Assembly (NCBI RefSeq): GCF_036588685.1
Contig: NC_086380.1
Coordinates: 6,138,001 to 6,202,000 of the forward strand
Source: Mytilus trossulus
Lineage: Eukaryota
Direction: 5' to 3'
Length of the DNA stretch: 64,000 bases
The position numbers and the translations under genes were made by a program. The notes under the pieces are model-generated. The model searched no databases and was not told the origin of the DNA. It saw only the letters and a program-made list of their open reading frames with translations. Below, one piece after another: positions 60,901 through 64,000 of this stretch (its first letter is position 1; each line of letters opens with the position of its first letter).

Positions 60901-63900
60901 TTTTTCATTTCTTTGAGTGAATAAAGAAAAAAATAAAATCACAAAAATACTGAACTCAGAGGAGAATCCAATCGGAAAGTCCATAATCACATGGCAAAAC
61001 CAAATTACAAAACACATAAAAAAAACGAATGGACAGAAGCTGTCATATTCCTGACTTGGTACAGGCATTTTTAAATGTAGAAAACGATGAACTAAGAAGA
61101 AGCAAACGATACCAAAGGGACATTCAACCTCATGGGTCTCCAATAAAATGAAAAAACGCCATTGCTTCATAACGAAAGCAGAAGACACAAACTACAGCAC
61201 ACATAAACCATCATAAAAAAAACTGAGCTGAACGAATCGTACATATAACCGGTGGTGATCTCAGGTGACCCGGAAATAAATCAGATCCGGCTCTACATAT
61301 GGCACCTGTCATGTTGCTAAATATATTGCCATTGTTTTTTTTCAAATTAGCGGAATTTACTTAATATATACTTTAATGTTAAAACAAAGGCTCCATAGGA
61401 TACAATAGATTTAAAAGATGAGGTATAAGTTCTAATGAAACAACTTTCCAACCAAGTCATAATTTGTAAAAGTAAAGAGTTATAGGGCCTTTACCACGGA
61501 GCAGTTTAAATCACTGTGCATGTTCCAGCACATGGGCAACCTATCTCTAGTTTAATAAAGGGTCCCATGAGTACAGATCCAGTTTTAGTTGAATCATTCA
61601 TTTGCATGCCCAATAGACATCAGCTACGTTTCATAAGGTTATTTACACAATTTTGAAACTTGTAATTAAAAAAGCGAGCTATAATTTTATTATTCCATTT
61701 TAAAACTATTATGAAAAAAACTTACATATTTTAGTTTACAGTTTTAATCTTGCCTTTTTCACTTTTAAAGGTTATACATCTTAGCTTCATATACAAGATT
61801 TTTACAAATCTGCATTTGTATTCTGGATATGATTGGTCTAAATGCACATTACAACATTAAATGAAACGACTTGCAATTGACACGAACATTAACAATGAAC
61901 ATTATAATGCAGAGACATATTTTCCTGGTTCATATGCTAGAATTGTCTTTTGTTTAAATCAAACCAATCTCAAACTCATATTTTCAGCTTATGACTTTCA
62001 AAAGAAGTTTAAATCGAGACTGATAGATGTGAGAATGGTCAAATTTGAATTTTGAGATATCAAGTTGGAAAATAAAACAAAAAACAAAAAAAATACCTAA
62101 CTCCATTCAAAAATCAAAACGAAAAGTTTCTTTTGAATGGCAAAATCAAAAGAAACAAACTCCTCAAACGAATCGAAAAACTGTGAAACTCCTGACATAT
62201 ACAGTCATTGCGTTATGTGCATCTTGTAGCTCGTGTTAAAGGGTAGACTAAAGATGGGTAGAAGAAAGGTCAGCTTTGAAGTGAGAGAATTGTACGACAC
62301 AATTGCACTACTTATGTTCGTTATTACCATAAGCTCATATATAATTAGAATTCTGATAAAAGTTGTTAATCCTGATGTATTGATAAATGCAAAACGCAAT
62401 TCATATCATTAAATTAAACGCATAGACTTATCATTTAAACAAATAACTTCTGTGCACCAAAGACTATTGAGAAAGTGCAACAATAATTGTAGAAAGTACT
62501 TATAGTTCAAAAAATCCTTTTGATGTGTCTATAAAGATTAATTATCAGATAGCTAACACAAAGGTTATTCAACTTTATTTTCATTTTTTTTGGAGAAGAC
62601 ATGTCCATAACAGATAAAAAAATTACCATGGATATAATCCACTTTCGAAGCAATCATCCCCCTCCTATATTCCTGTCTTTGGCATTTTTTGATGTGATTT
62701 TAAGCTGTCGTATTACTTCTCATAAGAAATAAGACGTATGCCCTTTTGGGACAAAATGCTGTCACTAGACTTCTTTCAAGGCTTTATTATAGGATAAGTG
62801 CTACTTAGACTGAAGTTGTCTGTGTAGTATATACATCTTTCTATGTCTATTGTTTGTTTTTTATTATCCATCGTATGTCTTTGGATCATGTTATTGTCGG
62901 ATTTTCTGATGAGTAATGATCTTTTTTACTTTATTTCAGCCTTATTTGTCTATAACACATTAGAAAGACGAGTTATCATTTTAAGAAGAAAAAAGACCAC
63001 ATGTATTATTTTGTTTGACTGTAATTTATATTAACTTGAAACAAAATACGAAAAAGTTATCAAAGGTACAAGGATTATAATTCAATACGCCAAAAGCGCG
63101 TTTCGTGTACATAAGACTCGTCAGTGACGCTCAAATAAAAATAGTTAGAACCGTTTTATTTTTCTACCTAGGTCAATAAAATTGTACAACGAATAAAATG
63201 ATTGAAATATTCTTGCAACAATGTTACATTGAGTCGTTAGCATCAGTTATAACGAAAACGAAAGTGTCAAGTTTGCATTTAAAAAAAATTTCCTTAATAA
63301 CCTTTGATATATATAAACATAAGATAACTATTTATTTAAGTTTGTTTTACATATAGCTCTTCAACGGTGTAAGAACTTATACATCCTCTGATTTCAACGG
63401 TTAAGCTTTGAGGGATCCTGGTGAAGGTAAATCCAGAAAAGCGCTCGAACGCATGAAATTATTAGACATGCGGTTTTCAATTTTTCACATGACTGTCTCG
63501 ATACCTCTGGTGGTGGACTATTAGTCCTCGAGGGTATCGTCAGCTCAGTTGTCAGTACTTCGATACTGATATGATTAAACAAACCTTTCCAAAATTGTCC
63601 GTTTATAAATTTTGAATTTATTAAGAAACTATGTTTTCAACTCCATCAGGCCAAGTGGACTTTAGATGAATTTGGCTATTACGATTAGGTTTTTTTTTAC
63701 ACATAGCTCTTCAACAGTTTCGGTACTTATACATCCTCGGATTTCAAATGCTTGGCTTTGAGCGTTCCTAATGAAGGTAAATTTAGAAAAGCGCGTCGGA
63801 CGCATGATATTACTGAAACGTGTTGTTTTCAATTTTTTAAAGAAGAGGCTGTTAAATACAACACGTAATATATCATTCATTCTCTACATAAGGTATTGTC

Positions 63901-64000
63901 GTATAAAACTTTGACAACCGATGTTCAAACTTTATCACTAACTTCCCAAACGACAAAGGCATATGAAAAACATCACAAACATTTACTCTTGTGTGCCTTG

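Noticed and set aside
49000-64000. Further genes (e.g. STING or a fourth cGLR)
   Set aside because: No ORF with recognisable motifs; small exons of a long-intron gene cannot be excluded.

Overview
AT-rich, repeat-dense animal genomic DNA with spliceosomal introns. The repeat families and gene content suggest a bivalve mollusc, probably Mytilus (inference). There are two gene systems, arranged head-to-head. (1) A six-exon, minus-strand SMPDL3A/B-like secreted metallophosphodiesterase (7409-12389); the exons splice to an intact 441-aa protein with all metal-binding motifs. (2) A plus-strand tandem cluster of three Mab-21/cGAS-like receptor (cGLR) nucleotidyltransferase paralogues: two intact (23864-25609 and 31982-33838) and one pseudogene (47158-48957) whose first deletion removes a catalytic Asp. 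Each cGLR is preceded by two copies of a paralogous upstream module: a CTAAAAATAGATCA-type motif, kB-like and/or IRF-like sites, then ATG|GT (TTG|GT in one). This module looks like an inducible first exon carrying only the start codon. The leading candidate for an undescribed system is a linked 'cyclic-dinucleotide synthase array + cGAMP-type hydrolase' immune locus. The rest of the window is satellites (a 364-bp array with dimeric higher-order structure and a 31-bp array), HINE/SINE/MITE-like repeats and three long hairpins. No gene is evident in 1-6000 or 49000-64000.
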